The notes: generated by a model from the letters alone, not told the origin. A stretch of 55,478 bases of DNA from Thermoplasmata archaeon (GCA_021787125.1 JAJYMI010000007.1:1-55478), one strand, 5' to 3'. Positions 27,824-37,155 are shown, counted from the stretch's first letter. Numbers and translations are program-made.

Positions 27824-28414
27824 TCACTTGAGCAGCCTGGCCCTTATAAGGGCCCTCAAAGGAACACCGTCAATTTCATCCTTTGTGGTCTTGTTTGTAA
27901 GAACAACTACAAGAATTGGGTTTCCCTTCTCTTTCTTCACTGCACTTACGGCCTTTGAAATGGTATCACCGGTGCTCACTACGTCATCAACTATTACGAC
28001 GTTCTTGCCAGCGATGCTTGCATAGTTACTGGAAAAAGTTCCCTCTCCCTTCGTTGTTATGGACCTGTATATCCCGAGCTCGGTCCCAAGAATGTCGGAG
28101 ATAAATGTGGCGTATGGTATTCCGTTAATCGTTATACCCACTATTGTGTCAATATCCTTTTCCAGCCTCTGTGTCTCCTCCTCGATGATGTCAGCCATTA
28201 TTTCTGCGACGTTGTAGATTCGATTAGAATATACTCCTATACTTCTCCATCCTATCTTGACATCCCCTGGAGCCTTCTCTATCTTGGATTCGCCGCTGAG
28301 CAACCATATTATCGTGTTAAGGGAAAGGTGCATCTCCGTTGCAATGTCCTTGTCGTTCATCCCTTTCTGCTTTAGCTGTTTTGCAGTTTCCGCGAGTTCA
28401 TCTATACTCTTCAT
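27824..28414 (-). CDS. Orotate phosphoribosyltransferase-like protein with N-terminal HTH (PyrE-like/GfcR-type)
   Basis: N-terminal HTH (GMNDKDIATEMHLSLNTIIWLL) fused to a PRT domain with the PRPP loop VVIVDDVVSTGDT. Confidence 0.8.
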   Translation of the reverse strand: MKSIDELAETAKQLKQKGMNDKDIATEMHLSLNTIIWLLSGESKIEKAPGDVKIGWRSIGVYSNRIYNVAEIMADIIEEETQRLEKDIDTIVGITINGIPYATFISDILGTELGIYRSITTKGEGTFSSNYASIAGKNVVIVDDVVSTGDTISKAVSAVKKEKGNPILVVVLTNKTTKDEIDGVPLRALIRARLLK

Positions 28415-28652
28415 TTTTTATCACCATTCAGCACTCATAGGGGTCATCACAGCCTTAGCTCAGCTGACCCTCTTCTCATCACGATTTCTAATATGCAATA
28501 GCAATATAAACTCTTTTTTAAGAACTGAGGGCGAGGAGACGGTATTGATCACCCTTCCAAAATCTTGAGTTCTTGAGGAATTATAGAGCAATTCACCAAG
28601 TGGGTGGGCCGAAAAACACACAGGTAAAATATCAGCGCATGATACTCACTAC

Positions 28653-30065
28653 GTGCACACTGTTCTGGATTCTAGGATATTGGATGCAAACGCAGAAGCA
28701 TCCGGTACAAGAATGGAGGGGCTAATGGATAATGCGGGCAGTGCAGTTGCAAAGCTTGTTGGATCTCTCAGACCCAATAAAATATTGATAGTCTGTGGGA
28801 GCGGAAATAACGGTGGAGATGGATACACGGCAGCGTCGCTTCTGAAAAAGGAGGGATTTTCCGTTGAATGCCTTCCGGTCGTGCCACCTGCGAGCGAGCT
28901 CTGCAGGAAGAAATACGGCACGTACCTGAGACAGAAGGGAAAGATTGCTCGTTCGGTGAAGAAAGGAGAATACGACATCGTTGTTGATGCACTCCTGGGC
29001 GTTGGAATTTCTGGACCTCCCAGGGAGCCATACTCGTCTGCGATAGATCTGGTCAACGGATACGGAGCGACGATCGTTTCTGTGGACGTCCCTTCGGGAT
29101 TTCCATCCGATCACTCTGTCAAGCCAGCTTATACGGTTACTATGCAGTTCAAGAAGCAGGGAATGTCAAAGTCCAACAGCGGAAACCTTCTGGTGGCGGA
29201 TGTCGGTTTCCCAAGAGAGACAATCGATATGATCGGACCGGGCGACCTGATGGCATTTCCAACTTCCTCAAGCAATTCACACAAGGGAGAGAACGGAATA
29301 TGCGTAATGGTCGGCGGAAGCGAGAAGTTTTTTGGCGCACCCCTCTACATGGCGGAGTCAGCTCTTCGGATGGGACCGGACCTTGTAGATCTGTTCACTC
29401 CATCCTGCATCCACGAATACGTTGCATCAAACTGTCAGGGAGTAATTCTCAAGAAGTCCGGAATCACGAATATCGAGTTCAACTACGAGCTCATGAAGAT
29501 TCTGAGGGAGAGAGCGGATTCGCTGGCAATCGGGCCCGGTATATCCAGGAGCGAAGTGGCGCTGGACGAAGCTTCGAAGATAATCGATTTTACACTGTCG
29601 CTCGGGAAGAGCATGGTGATAGACGCCGACGCGCTTGAGGCTTCACTATCCATGGACGACTTCAAGGGAACTGCTGTGCTCACGCCGCACAGGGGTGAGT
29701 TCAGATCCACGTTCGGACTTGACCCGACTGAAGAGAATGCCAAGAGAGTCGCCAAGAGGATCAATGCCGTTTTATTCGTGAAAGGGGAAATAGACTTCGT
29801 AACGGACGGTGAAACACTAAAGAAGAACAGGTCTTACCATCACCAGAGCATGACCAGGGGAGGGACGGGGGACGTCGTTACGGGAGCGGTCGCTGGTCTT
29901 CTCTCAAGAAAAGTGGATGCTTTACATTCTGCCTTCCTTGCCTCCTACATAGTCGGTCAGGCAGGCCTAAACGCATTCAAGAGAATGGGAGATGGATACC
30001 TGATATCCGACCTGATAGATACAATTCCAGAGGTATTGGTTTCTAAAAGTAAACAAAATTCTTAA
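28653..30065 (+). CDS. nnr: Bifunctional NAD(P)H-hydrate repair enzyme Nnr (epimerase/ADP-dependent dehydratase)
   Basis: YjeF_N motif CGSGNNGGDGY, C-terminal carbohydrate-kinase part GGSEKFFGAPLY ... GGTGDVVTG. Confidence 0.9.
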   Translation: MHTVLDSRILDANAEASGTRMEGLMDNAGSAVAKLVGSLRPNKILIVCGSGNNGGDGYTAASLLKKEGFSVECLPVVPPASELCRKKYGTYLRQKGKIARSVKKGEYDIVVDALLGVGISGPPREPYSSAIDLVNGYGATIVSVDVPSGFPSDHSVKPAYTVTMQFKKQGMSKSNSGNLLVADVGFPRETIDMIGPGDLMAFPTSSSNSHKGENGICVMVGGSEKFFGAPLYMAESALRMGPDLVDLFTPSCIHEYVASNCQGVILKKSGITNIEFNYELMKILRERADSLAIGPGISRSEVALDEASKIIDFTLSLGKSMVIDADALEASLSMDDFKGTAVLTPHRGEFRSTFGLDPTEENAKRVAKRINAVLFVKGEIDFVTDGETLKKNRSYHHQSMTRGGTGDVVTGAVAGLLSRKVDALHSAFLASYIVGQAGLNAFKRMGDGYLISDLIDTIPEVLVSKSKQNS

Positions 30066-30086
30066 CCAACCTATCGATTCGCAATC

Positions 30087-31187
30087 ATGGTGTCCGTAGG
30101 AGAAATTATGACCACAAAAGTGATTACTTTGACTGCTGACGATTTTATCTCTACGGCAATTGCTAAGATGAGTGACAATAAGGTGCACCACATCCCCATA
30201 GTCGACGAAAAGGGGGGGTACATCGGAATGCTTGATTACAACCTCTTGTTCAAGAGGGAATCCATACCGGTGACCACAAAGATCAAGACCATTATGGAGA
30301 GAACCCCTTCGATAGCCTCTGATGCGTCCATAGCCGAAGCGGCTAGGCTCATGGTTGATAGTGGTCTGAAGGCACTTCCGGTCCTAGAAAAGAACAAGAT
30401 CAAGGGAATTGTGACGTCGACCGACATCGTGCATTCAGTAAATTCCATTCCAGAGGTCGCGAACCTGACTGCCTCTGAAATTATGTCGGGAGAACCCATA
30501 ACCGTCACCGAGAATGACGATCTCGTGGAAGCGCTGAGGAAGATGAGAAGCATTGACGAGACGAGCATACCGGTCGTGGACAAGGATGGAAAGATCTCTG
30601 GACTTGTAAACATCAATGACATAAGCAAGGAGCTCTGGAGAGAGAGGGGAAAGATGAGACAGGGAGAATATTACAGGAACAAGGTCAGATCCACGGTAAA
30701 GGATGTAATGGTCTCACCTCTGGTTATCAATGGAGACCAGAACATGTCTACCTGCATGGAGGAGATGATAGACTCCGACGCCAGAGTATGCACAGTCGTC
30801 GACGAGAACATGATCCCTGAGGGGGTCATAAGTCAGAGCGACATACTTGCTGAGATCGTGAAGGGTTCTCCCGGGAAGACCGTCCTTGTCAATCTGTCCG
30901 GTGCAAAGTTTGAGGACCCCGAGGTCTACGATAAGCTGTATTCCATAATAGAAAAATCCGCCAAATCAATTGCAAAATTGAAGCGCATGAGACCAATGCT
31001 GATCAGCATCCACATCGAGGAATACAACCAGACCGGGAAGGAGGTCAAATACTCCATAAGGGGGAAGATGGTCACAGAGTCCAAGACGTTCTTTTCCAGG
31101 AGCTGGGACTGGAACGTATTCAGGGCGATCAAAGAACTGATGGGTCAGTTCGAAAAGATGGTCGAGAAGAACAAGACATACAGGTAG
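30087..31187 (+). CDS. Four-CBS-domain protein with C-terminal HPF/RaiA-like (S30AE-like) domain
   Basis: Four consecutive CBS repeats (residues about 5-265). The last ~95 aa (VNLSGAKFE...ISIHIEE...YSIRGKMVTESKTFF...WNVFRAIKELMGQFEKMVEKNK) follow the beta-alpha-beta-beta-beta-alpha pattern of bacterial hibernation factors. Confidence 0.8.
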   Translation: MVSVGEIMTTKVITLTADDFISTAIAKMSDNKVHHIPIVDEKGGYIGMLDYNLLFKRESIPVTTKIKTIMERTPSIASDASIAEAARLMVDSGLKALPVLEKNKIKGIVTSTDIVHSVNSIPEVANLTASEIMSGEPITVTENDDLVEALRKMRSIDETSIPVVDKDGKISGLVNINDISKELWRERGKMRQGEYYRNKVRSTVKDVMVSPLVINGDQNMSTCMEEMIDSDARVCTVVDENMIPEGVISQSDILAEIVKGSPGKTVLVNLSGAKFEDPEVYDKLYSIIEKSAKSIAKLKRMRPMLISIHIEEYNQTGKEVKYSIRGKMVTESKTFFSRSWDWNVFRAIKELMGQFEKMVEKNKTYR

Positions 31188-31200
31188 AGGGGGACGGGCA

Positions 31201-32583
31201 ATGGAAGAATTCGTGGATAAGGCACTAGATTATGCCTCGAAGAGAGCAAGATTTGCAGAGGTAAGGTTTTTCTCGTCTTTCAAGAACGTGGTTCTCCTGA
31301 AGAATGGAACGATCTCAGCCACGGGCTATTCCGTCGATTCTGGATTGGCGATAAGGTTGTTGAACAGATCCATAGCGTTCTCGTCAATCAATGTCGCAAG
31401 CTGGGACAGGATCAGGGAAGAAATAGATAGGGCAGTGAGAATTTCTGAGACGCCTGGAAGAAACAAATTTTCAAATGAACCCACCTTTCGGGATTCCTGG
31501 GAAGTAGAGCAGAGCAAGAAAATTGAGGATGTGAGTTTCGAAGAAAGGATATCCAGGATGAGAGAGCTGGATGATCTGCTCAGGAATGAAAAGGTCTCCA
31601 TGCGAATACTATCGTTGAGCGACACCGTCGAACAGGAGTACAACACCAATTCAGAGGGTATGGCGCTCAGATCGAGGCTTCCAAAGGTGTCGTTTTTCGC
31701 AATGTTGGGATTCATGGAGAATGGTAGTTTTGAACAGGGCACCGTGGAAGTGGGATACTCCGGAGGGTATGAAGCCCTTGACAGGTGGAAACTCGACGAG
31801 AGACTCAAGCACGAGTCTGATGTGCTCAAGAGTGCTGCAAGTGCAAAGAAGCTGGGAGATGGCCAATACGACCTGGTTGCCGGTCCTGAGATTTCTGGCA
31901 TTGTGGCTCACGAGAGCGCCGGCCATCCAACCGAATCGGACAGAATACTCGGAAGGGAGATGGCCCAGGCGGGAGAGTCATTCATAAGAAAGGGGGACAG
32001 GGGAAGAAGGGTAGGATCCGGGATAGTCAACCTGGTCGACGATCCAACTATGAGCAACAGCTTTGGATTCTACAAGTACGACAGAGACGGGGTGAGGGCA
32101 AGGAAGAGATATCTCTACAAGGATGGACTCATAAGTGAATTCCTCAGCAACCGAGAGAGCGCGGGCAGACTGGAGGAGGCGAGTAATGGAGCGTCCAGAT
32201 CTTCCGAGTGGGATAAGGAACCTCTCGTGAGAATGAGCACCACCTACATTGAGCCGAGAGATTACGGTTTCGAAGAGCTCATAGAGGACGTGAGGGAGGG
32301 AATATACATGAAGAGTTTCACAGAATGGAACATCGACGATATAAGGCTCAATGAAAAGTACGTCGGAAGAGAGGCATATCACATTCAAAACGGTGAGATC
32401 AAGGAGGCTGTCAGAAGACCCGTGATCGAAACTACGACGATCAACTTTTACTCATCAATAGACGCGATTGGAAACGACCTGGAGTTTTCCGCGGGTACCT
32501 GCGGCAAGGGTGATCCAATGCAAGGAGTAGATGTGTGGATGGGAGGACCCCACATCAGACTTAGAAATCTCAACGTGAGGTGA
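31201..32583 (+). CDS. tldD: TldD-family metalloprotease
   Basis: 460 aa with the HESAGHPTE metal-binding motif and the GxC...GGP C-terminal pattern. It is paired with PmbA. Confidence 0.9.
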   Translation: MEEFVDKALDYASKRARFAEVRFFSSFKNVVLLKNGTISATGYSVDSGLAIRLLNRSIAFSSINVASWDRIREEIDRAVRISETPGRNKFSNEPTFRDSWEVEQSKKIEDVSFEERISRMRELDDLLRNEKVSMRILSLSDTVEQEYNTNSEGMALRSRLPKVSFFAMLGFMENGSFEQGTVEVGYSGGYEALDRWKLDERLKHESDVLKSAASAKKLGDGQYDLVAGPEISGIVAHESAGHPTESDRILGREMAQAGESFIRKGDRGRRVGSGIVNLVDDPTMSNSFGFYKYDRDGVRARKRYLYKDGLISEFLSNRESAGRLEEASNGASRSSEWDKEPLVRMSTTYIEPRDYGFEELIEDVREGIYMKSFTEWNIDDIRLNEKYVGREAYHIQNGEIKEAVRRPVIETTTINFYSSIDAIGNDLEFSAGTCGKGDPMQGVDVWMGGPHIRLRNLNVR

Positions 32584-32589
32584 ACCGAA

Positions 32590-33888
32590 ATGGACATAGA
32601 GAAAATTTACGCTAAACTGGAGAGACGCGTTGGTCAGGCTGCGGTAAAACTCACAAGATCGAGAGTCGCCCAGGTTAGATTTTCTAACAACCTGATAGAC
32701 ATCAGCAACGAATGGAACGAAGAGTCTGCGACTGTATTCCTTGCGAAGAACGGGAGAACATTCATATTCGATCTGAAGAGCGAGGATGACATTGAAAAGA
32801 CGTCCACCCGAGCATTCTCCGCACTGGAGACCATAGAGAAGAATGAAGATTTTTTCAGCCTCAACGATAAGAAGAACACGTACAGAAAGAAGAAGATGAG
32901 AGACGGGAGACTGAGAGAAATTCAGGGACAGACTTTTGTCAACGATTTCATTGATGAGGTCAAGCCGTTCGTGAGAAGAGTGGGCGGAGTCTTTTACAAG
33001 AAGGACGTTGAGGAGGAGATTCTGACCCCATTTAATAGCGGCACCGAAAGGCAGTTTGGAGTGGAGTTTGTCTCAAGAGCATTCAATGACGATGACTACC
33101 CCGTTCAAACATCGTTCGCAACATCAACTGACGATGACATTCAGAAACTGACAAACCAGGTGGACGAGATACTGAACCTCACTAGAAGGGTGAAAAATAT
33201 AAAGGAGGGAAGGGAGGGGAAGTACAGTGTGATCTTTAGCCCTCTCTGCTTCGCCTCGATAGTTTCCTACACTCTACCAATGGCTTCTGCATTTCAGATC
33301 GATTCCGGAATGTCAATGTTCGCTGACAGAATGGGTGAAAGGATCGGGAGTTCTGGTCTGACAGTTTACGACGACCCTTCGGATGATACTATGTTCAACT
33401 CCAGGAGCTTCGATGAGGAAGGGAGTCCTACCAAGAAAACTCCCGTCATAGAGAGAGGAGTCGTCAGGAATTTCCTCCACAACTTCTCTACCGCCAAGAA
33501 ATACGGAGTGGAAACCACAGGGAATGCCGGCATTGTCAACCCTGGACCATGGCAGATTTCGGTAGAGCCGGGTAACGAAGACGTTGAGGACATGATCTCA
33601 TCGACGAAAAAGGGCCTCTTCATCAACAACACTTGGTATACCAGATTCCAGGACTACAGGGAGGGAATACTTTCCACGATTCCGAGAGACGGTATCTTCT
33701 ACATCGAAAATGGGGAGATTACGGAGAGCTGGGGAGGGATAAGGATATCCGATTCGCTCCTTCACATCTACAAGAATATTGAAGGCATCAGCAGTGAAAC
33801 TGGCAAGGTGAAATGGTGGGACGAAACTATGTTCACTAAGTCACCGTTTGTCGCAGTAGCAGAGGTGAACATTTCCAGGAGCAGATAG
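32590..33888 (+). CDS. pmbA: PmbA/TldE-family protein
   Basis: 432-aa paralogous fold lacking the HExxxH motif. It starts 6 nt after tldD. Confidence 0.85.
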   Translation: MDIEKIYAKLERRVGQAAVKLTRSRVAQVRFSNNLIDISNEWNEESATVFLAKNGRTFIFDLKSEDDIEKTSTRAFSALETIEKNEDFFSLNDKKNTYRKKKMRDGRLREIQGQTFVNDFIDEVKPFVRRVGGVFYKKDVEEEILTPFNSGTERQFGVEFVSRAFNDDDYPVQTSFATSTDDDIQKLTNQVDEILNLTRRVKNIKEGREGKYSVIFSPLCFASIVSYTLPMASAFQIDSGMSMFADRMGERIGSSGLTVYDDPSDDTMFNSRSFDEEGSPTKKTPVIERGVVRNFLHNFSTAKKYGVETTGNAGIVNPGPWQISVEPGNEDVEDMISSTKKGLFINNTWYTRFQDYREGILSTIPRDGIFYIENGEITESWGGIRISDSLLHIYKNIEGISSETGKVKWWDETMFTKSPFVAVAEVNISRSR

Positions 33889-33970
33889 CTATGAATCTAG
33901 GCGATTTGGCGTCGATTCCGTGGAGGAATATTGTAGAAATATAGATATATTAAATTAAGTTAGGCAATAG

Positions 33971-34010
33971 CTCACTGCCCCTTGGCCCCTCCTATCGGGC
34001 AGTGAGTTTT
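33971..34010 (+). terminator. 10-bp GC-rich hairpin (CTCACTGCCC/GGGCAGTGAG) followed by TTTT
   Basis: Perfect 10-bp stem, 16-nt loop and a T-run, lying 83 nt after the pmbA stop. Confidence 0.35.
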
Positions 34011-34052
34011 ATGCTTCGTTTCGAATGACTTAACGGTGTGAAAATTTTGATC

Positions 34053-34084
34053 TGAATCATGGAAATTTCATGATTCATTTTTTT
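34053..34084. terminator. 9-bp hairpin (TGAATCATG/CATGATTCA) followed by T7, possibly a bidirectional terminator
   Basis: Perfect stem, 7-nt loop, TTTTTTT on the plus strand and AAAATTTT context on the minus strand. It lies between the convergent pmbA and sodX. Confidence 0.35.
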
Positions 34085-34191
34085 CAATTCCAGCTACTCA
34101 CAAAAAGTTCCAAAAGATTACTGTTCGTCGAATCGTCTCGCGAAAGATCGTATCTTCTCAGGAATCTTGCCTCATACTAGCGGTCTGTGTT

Positions 34192-34509
34192 CTATCTTGC
34201 TTTACTTTTCCTTGAGATGAACAGCACCTTACCGATCACATCCCTCCTGCCTATGCTTCCAAATGTGTTACTGTCTGTGCTCCTGATCCTGTTATCACCC
34301 TCAACAAAGTATCTCTGTTCTCCATCAGTTCTTGAGACGCTCTTCACTCTCTTGATCATCATCTTTCCGTCATTGGGACTTGTAAGAATGATTACTTCGC
34401 CAATTCTTGGCCTCAGAAAGACTCGAGTGGAAATAGCATAATCTCCATCCATAGCGAACGGCCTCATGCTGTTCCCACTTATCTTTAGGACAAATACGGG
34501 ACTCTTCAT
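34192..34509 (-). CDS. sodX: S26-family signal-peptidase-like Ni-SOD maturation protease (SodX-like)
   Basis: GNSMRP (catalytic Ser) and MIKRVKS (catalytic Lys) motifs. Its ATG directly abuts the sodN stop (TAGATG). Confidence 0.75.
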   Translation of the reverse strand: MKSPVFVLKISGNSMRPFAMDGDYAISTRVFLRPRIGEVIILTSPNDGKMMIKRVKSVSRTDGEQRYFVEGDNRIRSTDSNTFGSIGRRDVIGKVLFISRKSKAR

Positions 34510-35034
34510 CTACAGCTGTGGATAGACTATTTCTTCCCTGGGCTCGTATGGCGCCTTTGCTCTCTTTGTCTTTATTCCCTTTGTTTCCCAGAATATTTCT
34601 GCGAACCTGTTCACTTCGTTCAAGAGCTTCATTGCAGCTTCCCTGTCTGGTTCCTGTTTTGCCTTGCTTCCGTATTTCATTATGTTCCAAACGATCTCGT
34701 GAAGATCGGGGTGTAACTTGACGTGATCTGGTTTGATATAGTCACCCCAGATTATCCTGACCTCGTGCTTGCAGAGCTCGGCGTGCTTCTCCTTTATTTC
34801 CACTGCTCTCGCTATGTCGTGAGAATAATCCATGATTTCTTCTGGCTTGCTGGCGGTTGGTTTTGGAATGTTGTTGATCAGGTCGACCATTCTGACTACC
34901 GTGAGTGCAGACAGCTGTGCTAAATGAGGATCGTATATTCCACAAGGGAAATCACAGTGCGCAAAAGCGGTATCAAATTCTAGTCTCTCGTCCATCCTGT
35001 CCAATATCCCTGTAATCACATTTTTTTCTCCCAT
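34510..35034 (-). CDS. sodN: Nickel-containing superoxide dismutase precursor
   Basis: A 24-aa leader ends in Ala, followed by the Ni-hook HCDFPCGIYDP. The C-terminal IFWETKG matches my memory of Streptomyces SodN. Confidence 0.9.
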   Translation of the reverse strand: MGEKNVITGILDRMDERLEFDTAFAHCDFPCGIYDPHLAQLSALTVVRMVDLINNIPKPTASKPEEIMDYSHDIARAVEIKEKHAELCKHEVRIIWGDYIKPDHVKLHPDLHEIVWNIMKYGSKAKQEPDREAAMKLLNEVNRFAEIFWETKGIKTKRAKAPYEPREEIVYPQL

Positions 35035-35202
35035 GGTATCACTATTTTATGATGAGACTTAGTATTATAGAATTTTCGTCCATATTGTCAATAAAATCCA
35101 ACGGTTTGCAAATGCATCTCACCTATCGAAACGCAACTCCAACTAGCTGGAATTTCTGTGATTATCACCGTGGCATATTGCTGCCAAGATCAACTTCGAA
35201 CT

Positions 35203-36345
35203 CTATTCTTTGAGCAGTGCTTTGGCAATGACTATCTTCCTTATCTCTGTGGTTCCCGCTCCGATCTCGTAGAGTATCGCGTCCCTCAGATACCTCTCCA
35301 AGGGATAGTCCTCTGTGTAACCGTATCCACCAAAGATCTGAAGGGCTTCCTTCGCAACCTGGGTTGCAGTCTCTGAAGCGAACATTATTGATGCCGCTGC
35401 AAAGGATGGATCCGATATCTTATCGCTCACAAACACTGCAGCCTTGTATGCAAGCAGTCTGGCCGCCTCAAGCCTCGTGAACATGTACGCTAATTTTTCC
35501 TGAATCAGCTCGAACTCTCCTATCTTCTTTCCGAACTGTTCCCTCTGATTGCTGTATTTGATCGCTTCGTCCAGTGCCCGTCTTGCGATGCCGAGGGGGC
35601 CAAATGCTAGAACTGCCCTCTCAGCATTCAGACCCTGATAGATAATGTTCCTCGCTTGTCCCTCCCCCTTTACAATCCTGTCTCGGTCCACGGTAATGTT
35701 CCTGAAGACGACTTCTCCGGTAGGCGAGCCCCTCATTCCTAGCTTCATTATTTTCCTGGGGGTTTCAATTCCGTCAGCCTTCTCAAGGATGAATGCAGAG
35801 TACGATTTCCCATTCCTTGCATAGACCAGGAAGACATCGGCCACTGGTGCGTTCGTTATGAATGTCTTGGATCCGTTGATTTCATATTGCCCGCCCTTCT
35901 GCTCATATATCGTTTTCATTCCTCCAAGGGCGTCTGAGCCAGCACCGGGTTCCGTAAGGCACAACGATCCGATTTTCTCCCCCGAAACTAGGCCCGGAAG
36001 ATATCTTTCCTTCTGTTCCTTGCTAGCGTTCCTGTGAATGTTATCGACAACCAGATTGTTGTGAGCACCGTACGAAAGCCCAAAAGATCCAGAGTAGTAT
36101 GAAATCTCTTCTAGGGCAACTCCCTCCGTGAGATAATCCATTCCAGCTCCTCCGTATTCCTGAGAAATGGTCAGCCCGAGCATACCGAGCTTTCCCATTT
36201 CCCTGAATAGTCCGATTGGAAAGTGATCTTCCTTATCCATTTTGGCGGCAATGGGTTCGATCTTTTTCTGGGAAAATTCTCTGACAAGATCCCTTATCGC
36301 GAGAGTGTCGTCCGGAAGCTTGAAATCCATAGTCTTTCCGTTCAT
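35203..36345 (-). CDS. Acyl-CoA dehydrogenase
   Basis: 380 aa, CLTEPGAGSD, the catalytic-base region YEIGAGTTEI and FGGYGYTEDYPLERYLRDA. Confidence 0.9.
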   Translation of the reverse strand: MNGKTMDFKLPDDTLAIRDLVREFSQKKIEPIAAKMDKEDHFPIGLFREMGKLGMLGLTISQEYGGAGMDYLTEGVALEEISYYSGSFGLSYGAHNNLVVDNIHRNASKEQKERYLPGLVSGEKIGSLCLTEPGAGSDALGGMKTIYEQKGGQYEINGSKTFITNAPVADVFLVYARNGKSYSAFILEKADGIETPRKIMKLGMRGSPTGEVVFRNITVDRDRIVKGEGQARNIIYQGLNAERAVLAFGPLGIARRALDEAIKYSNQREQFGKKIGEFELIQEKLAYMFTRLEAARLLAYKAAVFVSDKISDPSFAAASIMFASETATQVAKEALQIFGGYGYTEDYPLERYLRDAILYEIGAGTTEIRKIVIAKALLKE

Positions 36346-36420
36346 TATCTATAGCCCAATTATAAGATTTGCCAGAAACTGCCAAAGGTTATTAGGACCA
36401 GAAATCTATAGAAGTGGACA

Positions 36421-37155
36421 ATGGAAATAGTGTTTCCAGACATACCTGAGTACCATTTCATCCTCAAGGGATTGTGTTCAGATAAGTTTACAGCATACCC
36501 GAGATTCGAGTGCGATGCCGTAGCTGATTTCGATAAAGAAATAACGGCAGATATCGCATTCGTACCGGCGCCTTTCGCAATGATGAGCGCCCACGGTTAC
36601 GTCCTCCTCAAGGCTGGAAATATTTTTTCCTATTTCTCAGGCCCACAGCTACTCTCTCCTCAGAAGGAAAACAAGGAGATCTTTGTGGGTGAGAAAGACT
36701 TCGTTTCGGAGTATTATGCGAAGATTCTGTTGAAGGATGTGGGTGTGAGGAGAGGGGATGGCTTCCCAGCACTCATGGAACCTAGAATTGCGATGCTGAA
36801 TGCTCACGAAATTCGAGAGAAGATTGACCTCTACGAAAAGTGGAGAGTCTTAGCTAATGATCTACCCTTCCCGCTCTACTGTGGGATGATAAAGAGATCA
36901 GCAAAGGGCCTCAAAGAAATAGTGGAGGGTGCAATAAACGCATCTGTAAAATACGCACTGAACAACTCTTCTGATATAATAAAGGAGATTGCGATGATGC
37001 AAAGAATAGAAAATTTCGAACTATTGAAGAGAGTGATGTTCCAGTTCATTAACAGGAACACCCTTGCAATCACTGAGGAAGAAGTGGAGTCACTCAGAGC
37101 GCTGAATCGGGAAATGGAAAACATGGGTTTCGCTGTATCGAAACTGAAATTTTGA
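36421..37155 (+). CDS. Hypothetical protein, tentatively MqnA/MqnD-like (menaquinone via futalosine) fold
   Basis: 244-aa ORF. There is a weak by-eye resemblance to the periplasmic-binding-protein-like MqnA family (ADIAFVPAPFAMM). A UbiA prenyltransferase lies nearby. Confidence 0.4.
   Translation: MEIVFPDIPEYHFILKGLCSDKFTAYPRFECDAVADFDKEITADIAFVPAPFAMMSAHGYVLLKAGNIFSYFSGPQLLSPQKENKEIFVGEKDFVSEYYAKILLKDVGVRRGDGFPALMEPRIAMLNAHEIREKIDLYEKWRVLANDLPFPLYCGMIKRSAKGLKEIVEGAINASVKYALNNSSDIIKEIAMMQRIENFELLKRVMFQFINRNTLAITEEEVESLRALNREMENMGFAVSKLKF

Noticed and set aside
28649-29114. Three minus-strand ORFs (135, 130, 87 aa) opposite the 5' part of nnr
   Set aside because: They are antisense to a gene with clear YjeF_N motifs, and their Arg/Ser/Pro-rich translations look non-coding.
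31326-31926. 191-aa and 91-aa minus-strand ORFs inside tldD
   Set aside because: They are antisense to TldD with its HESAGHPTE motif, and the translation is Ser/Leu-rich low-complexity.
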